Shown here: in pieces, positions 30,749 through 42,705 of the stretch
Position numbering within the stretch: position 1 is the first letter of the stretch
Layout: each line of letters begins with the position of its first letter
Assembly: GCA_040222015.1 (NCBI GenBank)
Contig: JAVJWO010000192.1
Location: forward strand, 1 to 64,000
Length of the DNA stretch: 64,000 nucleotides
Source: Coleofasciculus chthonoplastes F2-STO-03
Lineage (GTDB): Bacteria > Cyanobacteriota > Cyanobacteriia > Cyanobacteriales > Coleofasciculaceae
Reading direction: 5' to 3'
Program-made: the position numbers and the translations under genes
Notes under the pieces: model-generated
Told to the model about the DNA's origin: nothing
Databases searched by the model: none
What the model saw: only the letters and a program-made list of their open reading frames with translations

Positions 30749-31681
30749 ATGCCATTCTTCTCAACGATTATTCCCGTGTTTAACCGGGCGAATCTAATTG
30801 AGTTGACCCTTAATTCGGTATTAAACCAAGAGTTTGATGATCAGGAGATCATTGTTGTTGACGACGGTTCGACAGACAATACTCTTGAGGTTTTGGCGGG
30901 TTACGGTGACCATATAAAGGTGCTTAAACAGGAAAACAAGGGACCGGGTGCAGCTCGAAATTTGGGAATTCATCATGCCTGCGGCAAGTATATCACGTTT
31001 TTAGATAGTGACGATCTATGGTTTCCTTGGACACTGTCTACTTACGCGCAGGTAATTCATCAACATCGCTTGCCAGCTTTTATCACTGGAACAGAATCTC
31101 ACCTTTGGAATGAAGATGAAATGTATTCTGTTTGTCCGTTACCTCTTCAGGCAAACTATTTTCCTGATTACTATGCATCAAGTCAGCAACCTTTGTGGAT
31201 TGGTACTTGTGCCGCAGCAATCCGTTCAGACGTTTTACGTGAAGTGGCAGGATTTACGGAAAAACGGATTAATGCTGAAGATTCTGATCTTTGGTTGAAA
31301 CTGGGAATTGCCCCAGGTTTTGTTTATATTCATTCACCACCTGTATTTATTTATCGTCGCCATGGAAATAGTGCTACAGCTAATCGGGATCAAACCTATA
31401 GGGGAAGCTATTATTTAATTAACCAAGAAAGGAACGCTCAATATCCAGGAACAAAGATACGAAAAAGAGAACGGATCAAGATTTTGACTCGCCACCTGAG
31501 ACCAGTGAGTCTAGAATGCTTGCGTCAAGGTGACATGAAAAAAGGAATGAAATTGTATAGAGACACCTTGATCTGGCACATTCAGCTAATGCGTATACGT
31601 TACCTGCTAGCATTACCCCTGATAGCTATCTTTCTCTGGTTTCGATATATGCTCCAACGGCAACTTAACTATAAACTGTAA
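30749..31681 (+). CDS. Glycosyltransferase family 2
   Basis: IIPVFNR, VDDGSTD, FLDSDD. Confidence 0.93.
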   Translation: MPFFSTIIPVFNRANLIELTLNSVLNQEFDDQEIIVVDDGSTDNTLEVLAGYGDHIKVLKQENKGPGAARNLGIHHACGKYITFLDSDDLWFPWTLSTYAQVIHQHRLPAFITGTESHLWNEDEMYSVCPLPLQANYFPDYYASSQQPLWIGTCAAAIRSDVLREVAGFTEKRINAEDSDLWLKLGIAPGFVYIHSPPVFIYRRHGNSATANRDQTYRGSYYLINQERNAQYPGTKIRKRERIKILTRHLRPVSLECLRQGDMKKGMKLYRDTLIWHIQLMRIRYLLALPLIAIFLWFRYMLQRQLNYKL

Positions 31682-31704
31682 TCAGGAAGATCAGAGGAAA
31701 ATTA

Positions 31705-32637
31705 ATGAGATTTCACGCAATCCTTTTAGTGAGAGACGAAGCTGATATTATTCAGCAATCCCTGGAACACACCTTAAGATGGTGTGATGCCGTGTATATT
31801 TATGATACAGGTAGTACAGATGATACCTGGGAGATCATTCAAGATTTGGCTCGACAAGATTGCCGCATCGTACCATTCCAGAAACAACCGACTGTTTTTA
31901 GCAAGGGTCTCAGAGCCTATGTTTTTTCCAAGTTTCGCGATCGCGCCGCAGAAGGTGATTGGTTTATCCGCCTTGATGCCGATGAACTTTACCATATCCC
32001 CCCCCCAGAATTTGTTCGCACCAAATTGGGGAAACATGAAACTTGTGTCTACAATCAAAGCTATGATTTTCGGTTGACCACTAAGGATGTGGCGGATTGG
32101 GAATCGGGACGTGAAACAGTGGCTGATAGACAACGCCCGCTCCAAGAGCGTCGGCGTTTCTTTGTTCCCTTGAAAATTTCCGAACCGCGTATGTTTCGTT
32201 ATCGGGAGACGATGCAGTGGTCACCCGATTGTTCTTTTCCTTATAATGCCGGATATGTGGCACAGGAAAGAATCCCTATTCGCCATTACCCTCACCGAGA
32301 TCCTGTGCAGCTACAACGAAGATGTACTCTTCGTTCAATTATGGCAGCAGCCTCACTCGACCCAGGACGACATTGGCTAACCGATGACTGGCGGCAATTA
32401 GTTGTAGACTGTAACGCGGAAAATTTGCAATACTGGACACCTGAAACACCATTACCTGAATACCAATTTTTTAACCATTTAGCCCCCTTGCCTAAACGAG
32501 GGTTACAGCGATTTGCTCACGCCTTACTGTTACCCATTTTGGATCAGACAAGACCTACATTTCCTAGCAATTATCACCCCGAAAAGATGTCTACTGATAT
32601 TACTCAACGTCTGCTCAAAGCCTTCTCAAAACAATGA
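31705..32637 (+). CDS. Glycosyltransferase family 2-like
   Basis: VRDEAD, DTGSTD, LDADE. Confidence 0.85.
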   Translation: MRFHAILLVRDEADIIQQSLEHTLRWCDAVYIYDTGSTDDTWEIIQDLARQDCRIVPFQKQPTVFSKGLRAYVFSKFRDRAAEGDWFIRLDADELYHIPPPEFVRTKLGKHETCVYNQSYDFRLTTKDVADWESGRETVADRQRPLQERRRFFVPLKISEPRMFRYRETMQWSPDCSFPYNAGYVAQERIPIRHYPHRDPVQLQRRCTLRSIMAAASLDPGRHWLTDDWRQLVVDCNAENLQYWTPETPLPEYQFFNHLAPLPKRGLQRFAHALLLPILDQTRPTFPSNYHPEKMSTDITQRLLKAFSKQ

Positions 32638-32669
32638 CCTGTCTGAGCTGAGGTATTTAAGATTAAGCC

Positions 32670-34808
32670 TTAAACAAGGATAAAGTCTGTATTCGTCAGA
32701 CTGGGAGCGCCGGAAAGTGTTGCAAAATGACCACCTCCACCAAAACCGATGGTGTCCCCATTAGGATTGTAGAACAGTAACCCGTTAGTCGAGTTGTAGA
32801 CAATAATTGCTGTGCTGATAGCAGCAGCAGCATTATCCGTAACTGAAGCAAATTCACCAGCACTTAGTCCGGAACTGGAACCTGTGAGTGCGGCAAAAGT
32901 TGTCTTAGACAACTGAATTGTGTCAGTACCACCCACAAAGTCAGCAATCCCATCGATGCCTGCTTGAGCAAAAGAGCTACCTGATAAGACAAAACTATCT
33001 TGACCATTGCCGCCAATGAGCTGATCATTACCGTTTCCCCCTAGAAGAACGTCATCATTTTCTCCGCCCAGAATTCTGTCACTACCATCTCCACCGATGA
33101 GGGTATCATTGCCATCGCCACCAACAAGACCATCATTCCCTGTACCGCCATCAATGCGATCATTACCTGCTTCACCGTAGAGGGTATCGTTGCTTCCTCG
33201 TCCTTCCAGTCGATTGTTGCCAGCATTACCAATGATGGTATTGCGGAGGTCATTACCGATGCCATTAATGTTATTGGTTCCAGTTAGGGTAAGCTTTTCA
33301 ACATGGTTGGGCAAGAAATAGGTTAAGTGGGAAAATACTAGATCTGTGCCTTCCCCACTGTTTTCCTCAACCCGATCACTGGTATTTCCCAGAATGTATG
33401 TGTCATTACCAGCACCACCCCTGAGAGTATTAACTCCTGAACCTGCATCAAGGCGGTCATTTCCGTTACCGCCTTCTAGTATATCGTTGCCTCCAAAACC
33501 ATAAAGTTCGTCATCGCCATCTAACCCTTGTAAAGTGTTAGAGTTGTTATTACCAATAAGAACATTCCTGAGATTATTGCCCGTGCCATTGATATTGCTT
33601 GCTCCAATCAGTGTCAGATCTTCTAGGTTATTGGGCAAGATATAGGTAGCAGTCGAAAAAACTCTATCGTTACCCTCTCCAACATTTTCAATAATTATAT
33701 CATTAGGACTATCAACAATATACCGATCACTCCCCAATCCACCAATTAAACTATCATCCCCTAAACCTCCGTCAAGTAAATCACCGTTGTCACCACCTTC
33801 TAAGGTATCTGCTCCTGCCAAACCATACAGGTAATCAGCACCACCTAGACCTTGTAAGATGTTGTTGTTACTATTTCCTTCCAGAAAATTACTGAGTGCG
33901 TTGCCTGTGCCGTTAATGGCAAGGCTTCCAGTTAGGATCAGATTCTCTAGGTTAGATCCCAAGATATAGTTAATAGAAGAAAAAACGGCATCAAGACCTT
34001 CCCCAGGATTTTCTTCAACTAGGTCATTGTCACTATCAACTACATAAGTGTCATTCCCTAAACCACCTCTGAGATTGTCATCTCCTGCTCCTCCGTCTAA
34101 GCGATCATCACCCTCACCGCCGTTGAGATTATCATCACCTGCTAATCCTTGTAAAGTATTGTTGCCGTTATTGCCTGTAATGGTGTTGGTGAGGTCATTT
34201 CCTGTACCGTTAGTATGGTTGGTTCCAGTTAAGAGCAATTGTTCTACATTAGCAGCCAGGGTATAGCTAACGGAAGCCTCAATTGTATCGATACCTTCAT
34301 CGAGACGTTCGGAAACTCTATCATTAGGATTATCAACAATGTAGAAGTCATCACCCAGACCCCCCACAAGTCCATCGCTACCTAAACCGCCGTCGAGGGT
34401 ATCATCGCCTCCAAGTCCATAGATCACATCATTGCCTGCCAATCCTTCTAGCAGATTATTTTCACCATTACCTATGATGGTATTTCTGAGGTTATTCCCT
34501 GTGCCGTTAATCGCTGTTCCGGTTAAAGTGAGTTTATCGACATCATTACCCAAAATATAGTCAATGGATGAACGGACTTCATCAACACCCTCTCCTGGAT
34601 TTTCTATAACTTCGTCATCTGGATCATCAACGATGTAAATATCATTACCCAAACCACCCCTCATTTGGTCAGCACCTAAGCCACCATCCAGCACATCGTT
34701 ACCATCCAATCCGCTGAGAATATCGTTCCCAGCTAAACCGAATAATAAATCATTAGCAGTCGTTCCGTCTAAAATGTCTGGCAGATTAGAACCAATTTTT
34801 GTCGCCAT
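32670..34808 (-). CDS. RTX/hemolysin-type calcium-binding repeat protein
   Basis: Many GGxGxDxL nonapeptides in about 4 larger modules. Confidence 0.92.
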   Translation of the reverse strand: MATKIGSNLPDILDGTTANDLLFGLAGNDILSGLDGNDVLDGGLGADQMRGGLGNDIYIVDDPDDEVIENPGEGVDEVRSSIDYILGNDVDKLTLTGTAINGTGNNLRNTIIGNGENNLLEGLAGNDVIYGLGGDDTLDGGLGSDGLVGGLGDDFYIVDNPNDRVSERLDEGIDTIEASVSYTLAANVEQLLLTGTNHTNGTGNDLTNTITGNNGNNTLQGLAGDDNLNGGEGDDRLDGGAGDDNLRGGLGNDTYVVDSDNDLVEENPGEGLDAVFSSINYILGSNLENLILTGSLAINGTGNALSNFLEGNSNNNILQGLGGADYLYGLAGADTLEGGDNGDLLDGGLGDDSLIGGLGSDRYIVDSPNDIIIENVGEGNDRVFSTATYILPNNLEDLTLIGASNINGTGNNLRNVLIGNNNSNTLQGLDGDDELYGFGGNDILEGGNGNDRLDAGSGVNTLRGGAGNDTYILGNTSDRVEENSGEGTDLVFSHLTYFLPNHVEKLTLTGTNNINGIGNDLRNTIIGNAGNNRLEGRGSNDTLYGEAGNDRIDGGTGNDGLVGGDGNDTLIGGDGSDRILGGENDDVLLGGNGNDQLIGGNGQDSFVLSGSSFAQAGIDGIADFVGGTDTIQLSKTTFAALTGSSSGLSAGEFASVTDNAAAAISTAIIVYNSTNGLLFYNPNGDTIGFGGGGHFATLSGAPSLTNTDFILV

Positions 34809-35023
34809 AATCGTTACCTATTAATATAAATGAACATTCAGTAAATACACTGAGAGAAGTTGCCACCACTAGTTGTCGATCTTGATGGGAGGTTTGTTTA
34901 ATTCTAAAAAACCTAAAAATTATTATCAACCATAATAGATTAGCAATTTTATGGTTTTTTGGCTCAAAATTAATTTATTATTTACATTAATTAAATAATC
35001 TTCATGAAATCAATCCTATTTAT

Positions 35024-36016
35024 TTAATTAATTAAAAATAAGTTAATTTTCTTAAAGGATATAGTTTTCATATTTCTTTTAAACTGAGCTAATCTTTCGG
35101 CAAAAGAAAAGCCAAATAATCTATAAATAAAAATATAATTATTGGATATATTTGGATTAACTATCTCGAAATAATTATATCTTGAAGTTATTTCCTCAAT
35201 AATAACATTTGCCCATTTGGGATTAAACAGCCAAATCAGTCTAGCACACTCAAAACGAGCTTGATTTATAGCATCCTGTCGCAACTGGCTTAGTTCATTT
35301 CTTGCTTCAAGGTATTGCTCAATTTTATCTTTAATTTCTAACCTCCGACGATATGTTTCTGAAGGATCTTTTCGACATACTGTTAACTCACTCCAAGCTC
35401 TGTATACCGCTCCTGGTGTATCAAAATATTTAAAGTGTTTTTCTGCCATCAGTAAACGCAAATACAACTCATTTTCTTGGCAACAGTTTTGGTGTTCATT
35501 CCATCCCCCCACATCTACAATAGCTTCTTTCCGCCAGAGAGAGCCTCCAGTTTGAGGCAGATGCCATCTAGCAAGTAAAATCCAGGGATCATGAGGCGGA
35601 GGTTCAGGAATTTGATCTACCTTTTGCCAAGAATGATTATCCTGATGATATTCTACAATAACTGGGCTGTAAATGACATCTGCATCAGCAACTTCCCCTA
35701 AAAACTGGATCTGTTTTTCCACTTTGTCTGGTAAGAGATAATCATCAGCGTCTAAATACTGTAGCCATTCGCCAGTACTAAGCTCCAAAAGTCTGTTCCT
35801 GGCTGCATTTCCACCACGATTTAAACCCGTCTCCCAACGGATGCGATCACTAAAAGTTTTGATAATCTCTAAACTACCATCAGTTGAACCATCATCAACT
35901 ACAATTACCTCTTTGTGAGGATAGGTTTGATTCAATGCGCTTTCTATTGCCTCGGCAATCCATTGCTCGGCATTATAACAAGGAATTAGAATACTAACTA
36001 TAGGGTGGCTTAACAT
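35024..36016 (-). CDS. Glycosyltransferase family 2
   Basis: IPCYN, VDDGSTD, YLDADD. Confidence 0.93.
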   Translation of the reverse strand: MLSHPIVSILIPCYNAEQWIAEAIESALNQTYPHKEVIVVDDGSTDGSLEIIKTFSDRIRWETGLNRGGNAARNRLLELSTGEWLQYLDADDYLLPDKVEKQIQFLGEVADADVIYSPVIVEYHQDNHSWQKVDQIPEPPPHDPWILLARWHLPQTGGSLWRKEAIVDVGGWNEHQNCCQENELYLRLLMAEKHFKYFDTPGAVYRAWSELTVCRKDPSETYRRRLEIKDKIEQYLEARNELSQLRQDAINQARFECARLIWLFNPKWANVIIEEITSRYNYFEIVNPNISNNYIFIYRLFGFSFAERLAQFKRNMKTISFKKINLFLIN

Positions 36017-36037
36017 ATATTTATAACTCTGAAAGAA

Positions 36038-37512
36038 CTAGATAGATCCAATTATTTTATCCAATAAATTATTCAAAAACAACTTGTCATTAATAATTAA
36101 ATATAGTATTTTCTTATTCTTTTCTTTTTGTTCAACAGAGTTTATTAGAAATAAATTGCACAAATATTTTAACAATTTCTTGTATCTTAGAATACCTGTA
36201 AAATGTAGTGCATGAAATGGAATGTCCAGCAAATCTGACCAGGCTATTTCACAAACATCTTTTGCTATTAATTTTTTTTTTTTTTCTTATAAGAAATTGG
36301 TAGATTTAACATTAATTCAAAAAGCATTCTAGAATTCATGGGATAGAGGCTAAATTTTGAAATTTGATCGCATGAGTACATTACTCTACCCATGCAGCAT
36401 CCCAACCTCTGTTCAATATACATTAAATCAAGAATTGAAAAAATATTCAACTCGGGCAATTCTAAGAGCCAACTACTTAACTCTTGAATAAGAATTGGAT
36501 GAACTTCCTTGTAGTTAAGGCGGATAAGTAGATCTTGAGGATGAATTGATTTAGTCTTATCGTCTTGATCTTGCCAATAAAAAGCTCGTCCTACTTCTCC
36601 AGCAAAACCTGTTAGAAGAACCCGATCTATATAGTTAGGAGGATTGACAACATAGTTTAAGTCAAAAATTTCTGCTAAAGTTTTAGAAATGACAATATCA
36701 GGTTGATTTGTATTGTTATTATAGGATGTACTAAACAAAATACTATCTACTAAATTGCGGGAACAAGCTAATAGCATTCGTGTATCTTTTCCCGATGTTA
36801 AGTTTAAATGCAGTGGATAATGTTTGGCTATCGCATTAATATGATTTGTGATAATCGCAACAATTTGTCTGATTGTATTATTATTATTTTTGAAGTTACT
36901 ACTAACTTGCTGGATATCTTTTTGAGGCCAGTGACGTTTAACGTGCCAGTTTTGTAAATCAATATAATGATTAGGCAAAAGTACTTTTACTTGCTTCAGA
37001 GGCGTTAAACTACAGGGATACCAATTTCCGCTGCTAGCCATCGCCTGTTTTATGATTTTTAGAGTTGATTCATCATGACGAGTAATTTTTTTCTCTAAAA
37101 GATTAGGTGTTGAAGCGATGACTGGACGATCTAAAGAATAAACTGCTGATAAAGAACCAGATGCATCTAAATATAATCTTTTTATTTCATTAGTGAGAAT
37201 GATCACTAAAAATCTACCACCTATTTTATTAAGCATTGACTCAATTAAATCAGTGTTTATTCCTTTAGAGAGTCTGGTATCTAAGTATAAATGCTCGAAA
37301 AGTAAATTACTTTTTTGGGTCTCGATAGGATAGCCTAATATCCAGCCTAAGTGTTGATCATCTTGGTCTAATATAGGTAGCACAGGTAAGGACGGATGAG
37401 ATGAAAGTAGCCAAGAATATTTTTCCTGTATATTCCATCCATCTACAATAAATTCTGCATTTTGAGTTAGGATAAACTGTCCTTTTGAAGAATTAAGATA
37501 ATTATTAATCAT
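36038..37512 (-). pseudogene. Asparagine synthetase-like glycan-modifying protein, frameshifted at an A14 tract
   Basis: LTSGKDTR (PP-loop-like), TGFAGEVGR; continuation LIAKDVCEIAWSDLLDIPF lies in another frame after the homopolymer. Confidence 0.65.
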
Positions 37513-37610
37513 TATTTACCGATCGAAAATTGTTTCACTAAATATCCTTTACAAATATATTTTACCTTAAATAAGTTCATTATTCAAATTCAGAAGTAGG
37601 ATTAGGATGA

Positions 37611-38537
37611 TTACAGATTCCACAACAAGTCATCTTGAACCTTGAAATCCTGAATTTTAGGTAAGTGGGAAGGATCATAAATGTGATACAAAGGAGTTTC
37701 TCCATAAAATGATGCCCAAAGAGAAAAAGTACTCGGTGGACCTATGATATAGTCGCATTTTGATAATAAATATATGTCTTCAATTAAATGTCCAGAACCA
37801 AACACAATATCTTTAGTATTGTTGAATTGTTCTTTTTGCGGCACATCAGAACACACTATAAATAATATTTTTTTTGATTCCAAAACTGAATAAATGCTTT
37901 GTATTATTTCCTTGTAAATTGCTGTTGTATAAAAAAAGCGACCACTGTGCCATCTTTTATAATCACCTTGTCGTATGTGAATTCCTACGATATAGTCATA
38001 TTTTTTATTAAGTTTATTAAGCCAATCTAGAAATTTTGTCACACGTTGCTGGTATATAGGCAAAGGAGAGAAGTATGATCTAATTTTAGCAGCATGCTTT
38101 ATGACATTCGATTCTGCGCGAAAATTCCAACCATTTAATACTCTAATTTTTTTAGATGTAAGTTGATCTAAAAAATCTCTTGATTCAAGGGAAAAACGAT
38201 CTGACCAATCAATGTTAATAAATTCAATATGGTGTTTATAGTAGTCACTAAAAATTCGATATTTATTCATTTTTTGTATTAATTTTCTAATTAAAAAAGC
38301 AGTTCTTCCTCTAAGCATCATCTTTTTAGAAATTGGAAAGTAAACTAACGAGTAAGGATAGCTACATAGTAAATTATTCTTAGTACCTATAAAAAATTCT
38401 GCATAATCATCAAAAGGTATATTAATCACCAAAAGATTATTCTCTATAGCACTAGCAATAACATGAGATGAAACAAGTAGACTATTTCCAAGTTGTCCAA
38501 TTTTAGAGTTAATAACTAGTATAGACCTAGGAAACAT
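37611..38537 (-). CDS. Alpha-1,2-fucosyltransferase-like (GT11)
   Basis: GQLGN, HIRQGDY, STFSLWA. Confidence 0.82.
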   Translation of the reverse strand: MFPRSILVINSKIGQLGNSLLVSSHVIASAIENNLLVINIPFDDYAEFFIGTKNNLLCSYPYSLVYFPISKKMMLRGRTAFLIRKLIQKMNKYRIFSDYYKHHIEFINIDWSDRFSLESRDFLDQLTSKKIRVLNGWNFRAESNVIKHAAKIRSYFSPLPIYQQRVTKFLDWLNKLNKKYDYIVGIHIRQGDYKRWHSGRFFYTTAIYKEIIQSIYSVLESKKILFIVCSDVPQKEQFNNTKDIVFGSGHLIEDIYLLSKCDYIIGPPSTFSLWASFYGETPLYHIYDPSHLPKIQDFKVQDDLLWNL

Positions 38538-38604
38538 GATGTTTATTGGTGCATTAATTAATATAGGGCGAATAAAGTTTAAATTTAAACTTTATTGATA
38601 AGTT

Positions 38605-39076
38605 TTATTGATAAGTTTTTTTAAACCAAAAGCAACCACAACCATAAGTTTGTGTATCTGCAAGTTCGGGGTTGGCATGACGTATTAAACCACCATCGGC
38701 TAACTTGTCAGGTATAAGTGCAAACTCTTTTAAGTTGAGATCTAAAAAATAGTTAATTATTTGATTGTAAGAATAAATTCGGTGGGCATTAAAAATAACT
38801 TTTGGTTCTCCGATAGGTACTACCAATAACAGGGACCCCCCAACTGCTAGTACTCTTTTGAGTTCTGTGATTGCTTTTAAATCTCCATCTGGATCTAGAG
38901 CTTCGCCATACCGTCCCAATCCGATATGTTCAACTACATGCATACAAGAAAGAGACCAAACACTAGCAGTGGCAAATGGCAATGCAAATATATCTGCTGA
39001 TTCTACAGACAGATTGTCTAAATCTAAATTGGGTAATCTATAGTCATAAAAATTGGTAGGTATAAATGCAGAAACT
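38605..39076 (-). pseudogene. DUF268 methyltransferase-like protein, 5'-truncated at ISL3
   Basis: SCMHVVEHIGLGRYG..DPDGD, FNAHRIY; frame is open to the IS end with no N-terminus. Confidence 0.8.
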
Positions 39077-40368
39077 GGTTCTTCGGTACTTATTATGCTA
39101 AACTATCAACTAAATGCCAAAACAATAAAGCTCTTTTTTTAAAGTTATAAAAATTGGTAAATCCAAAACCACAACGTTTTATTACCTTTAATCTATTGTT
39201 AATTCCTTCGACGATGCCCTGGGTCGTTTTTTGCTCAAAATAGCCCACTATTTCCCCAAACCAGTTTTTGATTGTCTGAACTGTTTTGGGAAAAAATTTT
39301 TCAGCTTTTATCAGCCAGTCTCCTAATTTTATCGTCCCTTCTCCTACATTTTTACACTTTTCAAATATCTCCGTAAATTCTTCCTTGAGGGCGTGCATTA
39401 TAGCTAGTTGAGGCGAAGTTTCTTTTATTTGATCTAATTTTTCTTTCTGTTTTTGTTTCAGGTCTTTTTCACTTCTTAGTAAAATATATTTCCCGCCCTT
39501 AAGACTAGAAAAAAGTTTCGATCTTGGTTCTATTCCCAGCTCTAAAGCTGTTCTCTTCTGGTCAATACGTCCTTGATTTAGTTCCTGATGTAACAACTTC
39601 GTTACATGAAATCTATCCGCTGTTATCACCGCTTCTGGACAGAGTTTACGAAAGACACTTTTATACATTTTGTATAAATCCATGCTAACTTCTTCTATCT
39701 GTTCTAAAATTTCTGACCCCCAGGATTTTAACAATTCTTCAATCGCTTTTGATTTTCTCTCTGGAACTAAGCCGATTAATTTGCCTGTGTCTAAATCTAC
39801 TAAAACTACTATAAATTTTCCCTGTCCTTTGACTAAACTAATTTCATCTATTCCTAATCTTTTTAAAGACTTGAGATTAATCGGTAATTTTTTTTGACTA
39901 ATTTGATTAATCATTGATTCGACCTCAGATTCGGTTAAATTATTCCTTTGAGCTACATTGAGCAGATTGCTATTCACAACCTGTTCAGTAATCCATTGTG
40001 CATAGCGATCGGTATATTTTTTTCGTTTTCCCACAAAATTCAATTCCTCACTAAAGGGTTTTTGACAGTGATTACACTTAAATTGTCGGCGGTTAACTTT
40101 TAAAAATATTTCGGTTTCTCCCCAAGGTAAATCCTTAATTAAATGCCAATGATTTTGATGAAGACGATGGCTAGGTTTCTTACAAGTGGGACAAGCTGGC
40201 GTTTTAGATTGGGATTCAACTTCTAATACTAAGGCTTTTTCAAGGTTTTTTTTAGATTTGACTATGACGCCTTGCAAACCAAGAATTTGAGTAAGCTGTC
40301 TCTTCATTTGTCGAGCGTGTTTGTTAAGTTAGTAACTAACAGTTTAGCATAATAAGTCCTGAAGAACC
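39077..40368 (-). mobile_element. ISL3-family insertion sequence
   Basis: 28-bp IRs GGTTCTTC(GGT/AGG)ACTTATTATGCTAAACT with 2 mismatches; flanks show no duplication. Confidence 0.93.
39093..40307 (-). CDS. ISL3 family transposase
   Basis: CPTC/CNHC zinc finger, LGIDEIS, SMDLY, DRFHV, EGINNRLK. Confidence 0.95.
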   Translation of the reverse strand: MKRQLTQILGLQGVIVKSKKNLEKALVLEVESQSKTPACPTCKKPSHRLHQNHWHLIKDLPWGETEIFLKVNRRQFKCNHCQKPFSEELNFVGKRKKYTDRYAQWITEQVVNSNLLNVAQRNNLTESEVESMINQISQKKLPINLKSLKRLGIDEISLVKGQGKFIVVLVDLDTGKLIGLVPERKSKAIEELLKSWGSEILEQIEEVSMDLYKMYKSVFRKLCPEAVITADRFHVTKLLHQELNQGRIDQKRTALELGIEPRSKLFSSLKGGKYILLRSEKDLKQKQKEKLDQIKETSPQLAIMHALKEEFTEIFEKCKNVGEGTIKLGDWLIKAEKFFPKTVQTIKNWFGEIVGYFEQKTTQGIVEGINNRLKVIKRCGFGFTNFYNFKKRALLFWHLVDSLA

Positions 40369-40855
40369 GTTTTTTATCTTCATCAAAGATCAAATCGAGA
40401 AAAGACTTGTATAATTCTCCATTATCCGGCGAAAATAAAAAATTTGATATCAACTTTTCTTTGATTAAAGTCAACTCCTCATCCCAAAATAGTTTTTTGC
40501 CACATGCAGACACATCTGCCTGACAATGTGTTAAAGCTTGAACTTGACATTCTATAGCTTTAGGTAAAAGTATATCATCACTATCGAGAAATTTAATATA
40601 TTGACCTTCCGCTAATTTTAGTCCATGATTACGGGCAGCACATTGACCTTGATTTACTGTGTGTACAGCTTTTATATGGGGATTAATTTTTGAGTAGTTG
40701 TTTATTATATGCCAACTGTTATCAGTTGATCCATCATCGACAATGATAATTTCAAGATTTTGATAAGTCTGTTGAAGACAACCATCGAGAGTTGCGGGTA
40801 AATATTTTTCTCGGTTAAAACAAGGGATTATTAGAGACACTAAAGGTTCATTCAT
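40369..40855 (-). pseudogene. Glycosyltransferase family 2, 3'-truncated by ISL3
   Basis: IPCFNR, VDDGSTD, FLDSDD, then reads into the IS inverted repeat. Confidence 0.85.
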
Positions 40856-40877
40856 GTTACATGTTGTTTATTAAACG

Positions 40878-41846
40878 TTAAGGGAGATAGGATTGTATTT
40901 TTATTTTTCTATTGGCGTATTTGCCAACTTTAGGAATAGCGATAATGTTTGTGTGCCAAGGGTAACTGTAAGTATTAGGATTAAGTAGAGGATATATAAC
41001 TCCATATTCAAATTCAGGAATAGGATTAGGATGACTCCTGTTCACATGATAAATATCAAATAAATCTAATGGAAGAAAATTTAAAATATCTTTTGGCTCA
41101 AAACTCAATCTGGATAGACCTAATTTATATATTTCAATAATAAATAGAGGGAGGGATGTTTTATCGAAGAGCAGATCACCTCCCTTTAATGCTAAAGGTT
41201 CAGCTCCCTCTATATCCATCTTTACAAGAGCAACATCTTGAAATATTTTATGTTTTTCAATCAATTGGTTAATCGTAAAAGCTTTAACTGTCTTTTTTTG
41301 AAAAGCCTCTTTTTCTTTAGGGTTTATTCTTAAAGATTGCTTAACATCTACGCTGCCATCACGGCTCACCATAAAATCGACAAAACCATCTCGCTCAATT
41401 ACACAACCTTGTTCTAAGGTAACTTGTCTTAAATTAAGTAAACGAACTGCCTTGTCCAAGTATTCAGAAGTTTTGGGTGATGCTTCCACAGCAATAATTT
41501 TTCCCTGACGAGAAACTTTATTAGCAAACAGTGCGGAGCAGTAACCTATATTAGCTCCTAGATCTAAACAATTATCATTTTTACATAGCCACGTTCCAGC
41601 AATTTTCAATTCAATATCTTCATACCATTCGTTTTGAAGATATAAATTAACTGAAGTATTGGATTCAGGGATGCAGATGAACTTGAACCCTGCCTTAGCT
41701 TTATATGAAAAATTTTTGCCTTGTTGATAAGTAATTTTGTATTGCTTTAAATTTTTTTGAGTTTGCTTGTAAATAGCACTCCATGGGTTAGAGCTATTTC
41801 TAACTAAATATAAGGCTGACTTTAATTTTTTAGTTATTTTGTACAT
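40878..41846 (-). CDS. FkbM family methyltransferase
   Basis: DLGANIG, KMDIEGAE. Confidence 0.92.
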   Translation of the reverse strand: MYKITKKLKSALYLVRNSSNPWSAIYKQTQKNLKQYKITYQQGKNFSYKAKAGFKFICIPESNTSVNLYLQNEWYEDIELKIAGTWLCKNDNCLDLGANIGYCSALFANKVSRQGKIIAVEASPKTSEYLDKAVRLLNLRQVTLEQGCVIERDGFVDFMVSRDGSVDVKQSLRINPKEKEAFQKKTVKAFTINQLIEKHKIFQDVALVKMDIEGAEPLALKGGDLLFDKTSLPLFIIEIYKLGLSRLSFEPKDILNFLPLDLFDIYHVNRSHPNPIPEFEYGVIYPLLNPNTYSYPWHTNIIAIPKVGKYANRKIKIQSYLP

Positions 41847-41868
41847 TGCTATATACTATATCAATGGT

Positions 41869-42621
41869 TCATATTATGACAGAAAACTCTTTTTTAATTT
41901 GATTGCTCAAAGGTCTTATTCGTCGAAGTTTGCCCAGAAAATATCTGAATCCGTGCCATCTCCTAGTTTGATTATAAGCGCTATCATTATCTCCATGACC
42001 ATAGACATAGATAGCACCGGGAAATGGTAGAGGCATTAAAGGTGTTTCTAAAGCCTCTAACTTTTCTTCAATGATAGTATGACCATTCCGTAAAATAACA
42101 CATTCATCAATCATTCTATTATCTATATTTTGGGGGAATTTAATAAGTTTACTATTAACAATCGCGTTAGTGCCACAGTTAAAGTTATTGTCCCAATATA
42201 TCCACTGACTACCGTACTTATATCGATAGCCTTGCTTAAAAATCCAACCGTTGGCTTCTAGATTGGTGTTAGCATAGTGGGCTAATCTCCTGTTTACCAG
42301 ATCATCCGCATCCATAATCATCACAAAATCGGGACATAATTCTCCTACTCTAATCATTCCCACAGCCAACTTTCTCCATTTATCTTGCATCGTCAGATTG
42401 GTATTTACTTGGGTGGGAGGTGGAAAGCCTACATTAATGATTTCCACTCGCTCATCATAGCTATGTTGTAATTTAGGAGTTTCATGACAAACCACAACAA
42501 TCCTAAAGTCAGGATCAATTTGGTTATAAGCAGAACGGAGTGAGTTTTCAAAAATCCCTGAAACTCGTTCCCAATTTGTGGATATAGCCTTTGATTTGAG
42601 CGCCATTATAAAACATAGCAA
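41869..42621 (-). CDS. Putative GT-A fold glycosyltransferase
   Basis: MIMDADDL DxD motif; position in cluster. Confidence 0.6.
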   Translation of the reverse strand: MLCFIMALKSKAISTNWERVSGIFENSLRSAYNQIDPDFRIVVVCHETPKLQHSYDERVEIINVGFPPPTQVNTNLTMQDKWRKLAVGMIRVGELCPDFVMIMDADDLVNRRLAHYANTNLEANGWIFKQGYRYKYGSQWIYWDNNFNCGTNAIVNSKLIKFPQNIDNRMIDECVILRNGHTIIEEKLEALETPLMPLPFPGAIYVYGHGDNDSAYNQTRRWHGFRYFLGKLRRIRPLSNQIKKEFSVII

Positions 42622-42705
42622 GATTTATCTTCTCCTTTTATCTGATCATTAAAACTCAGTGTCAATTTTTTTTTGCTTTCTAGTGCTCAAGACAGAAAAT
42701 TTTAT

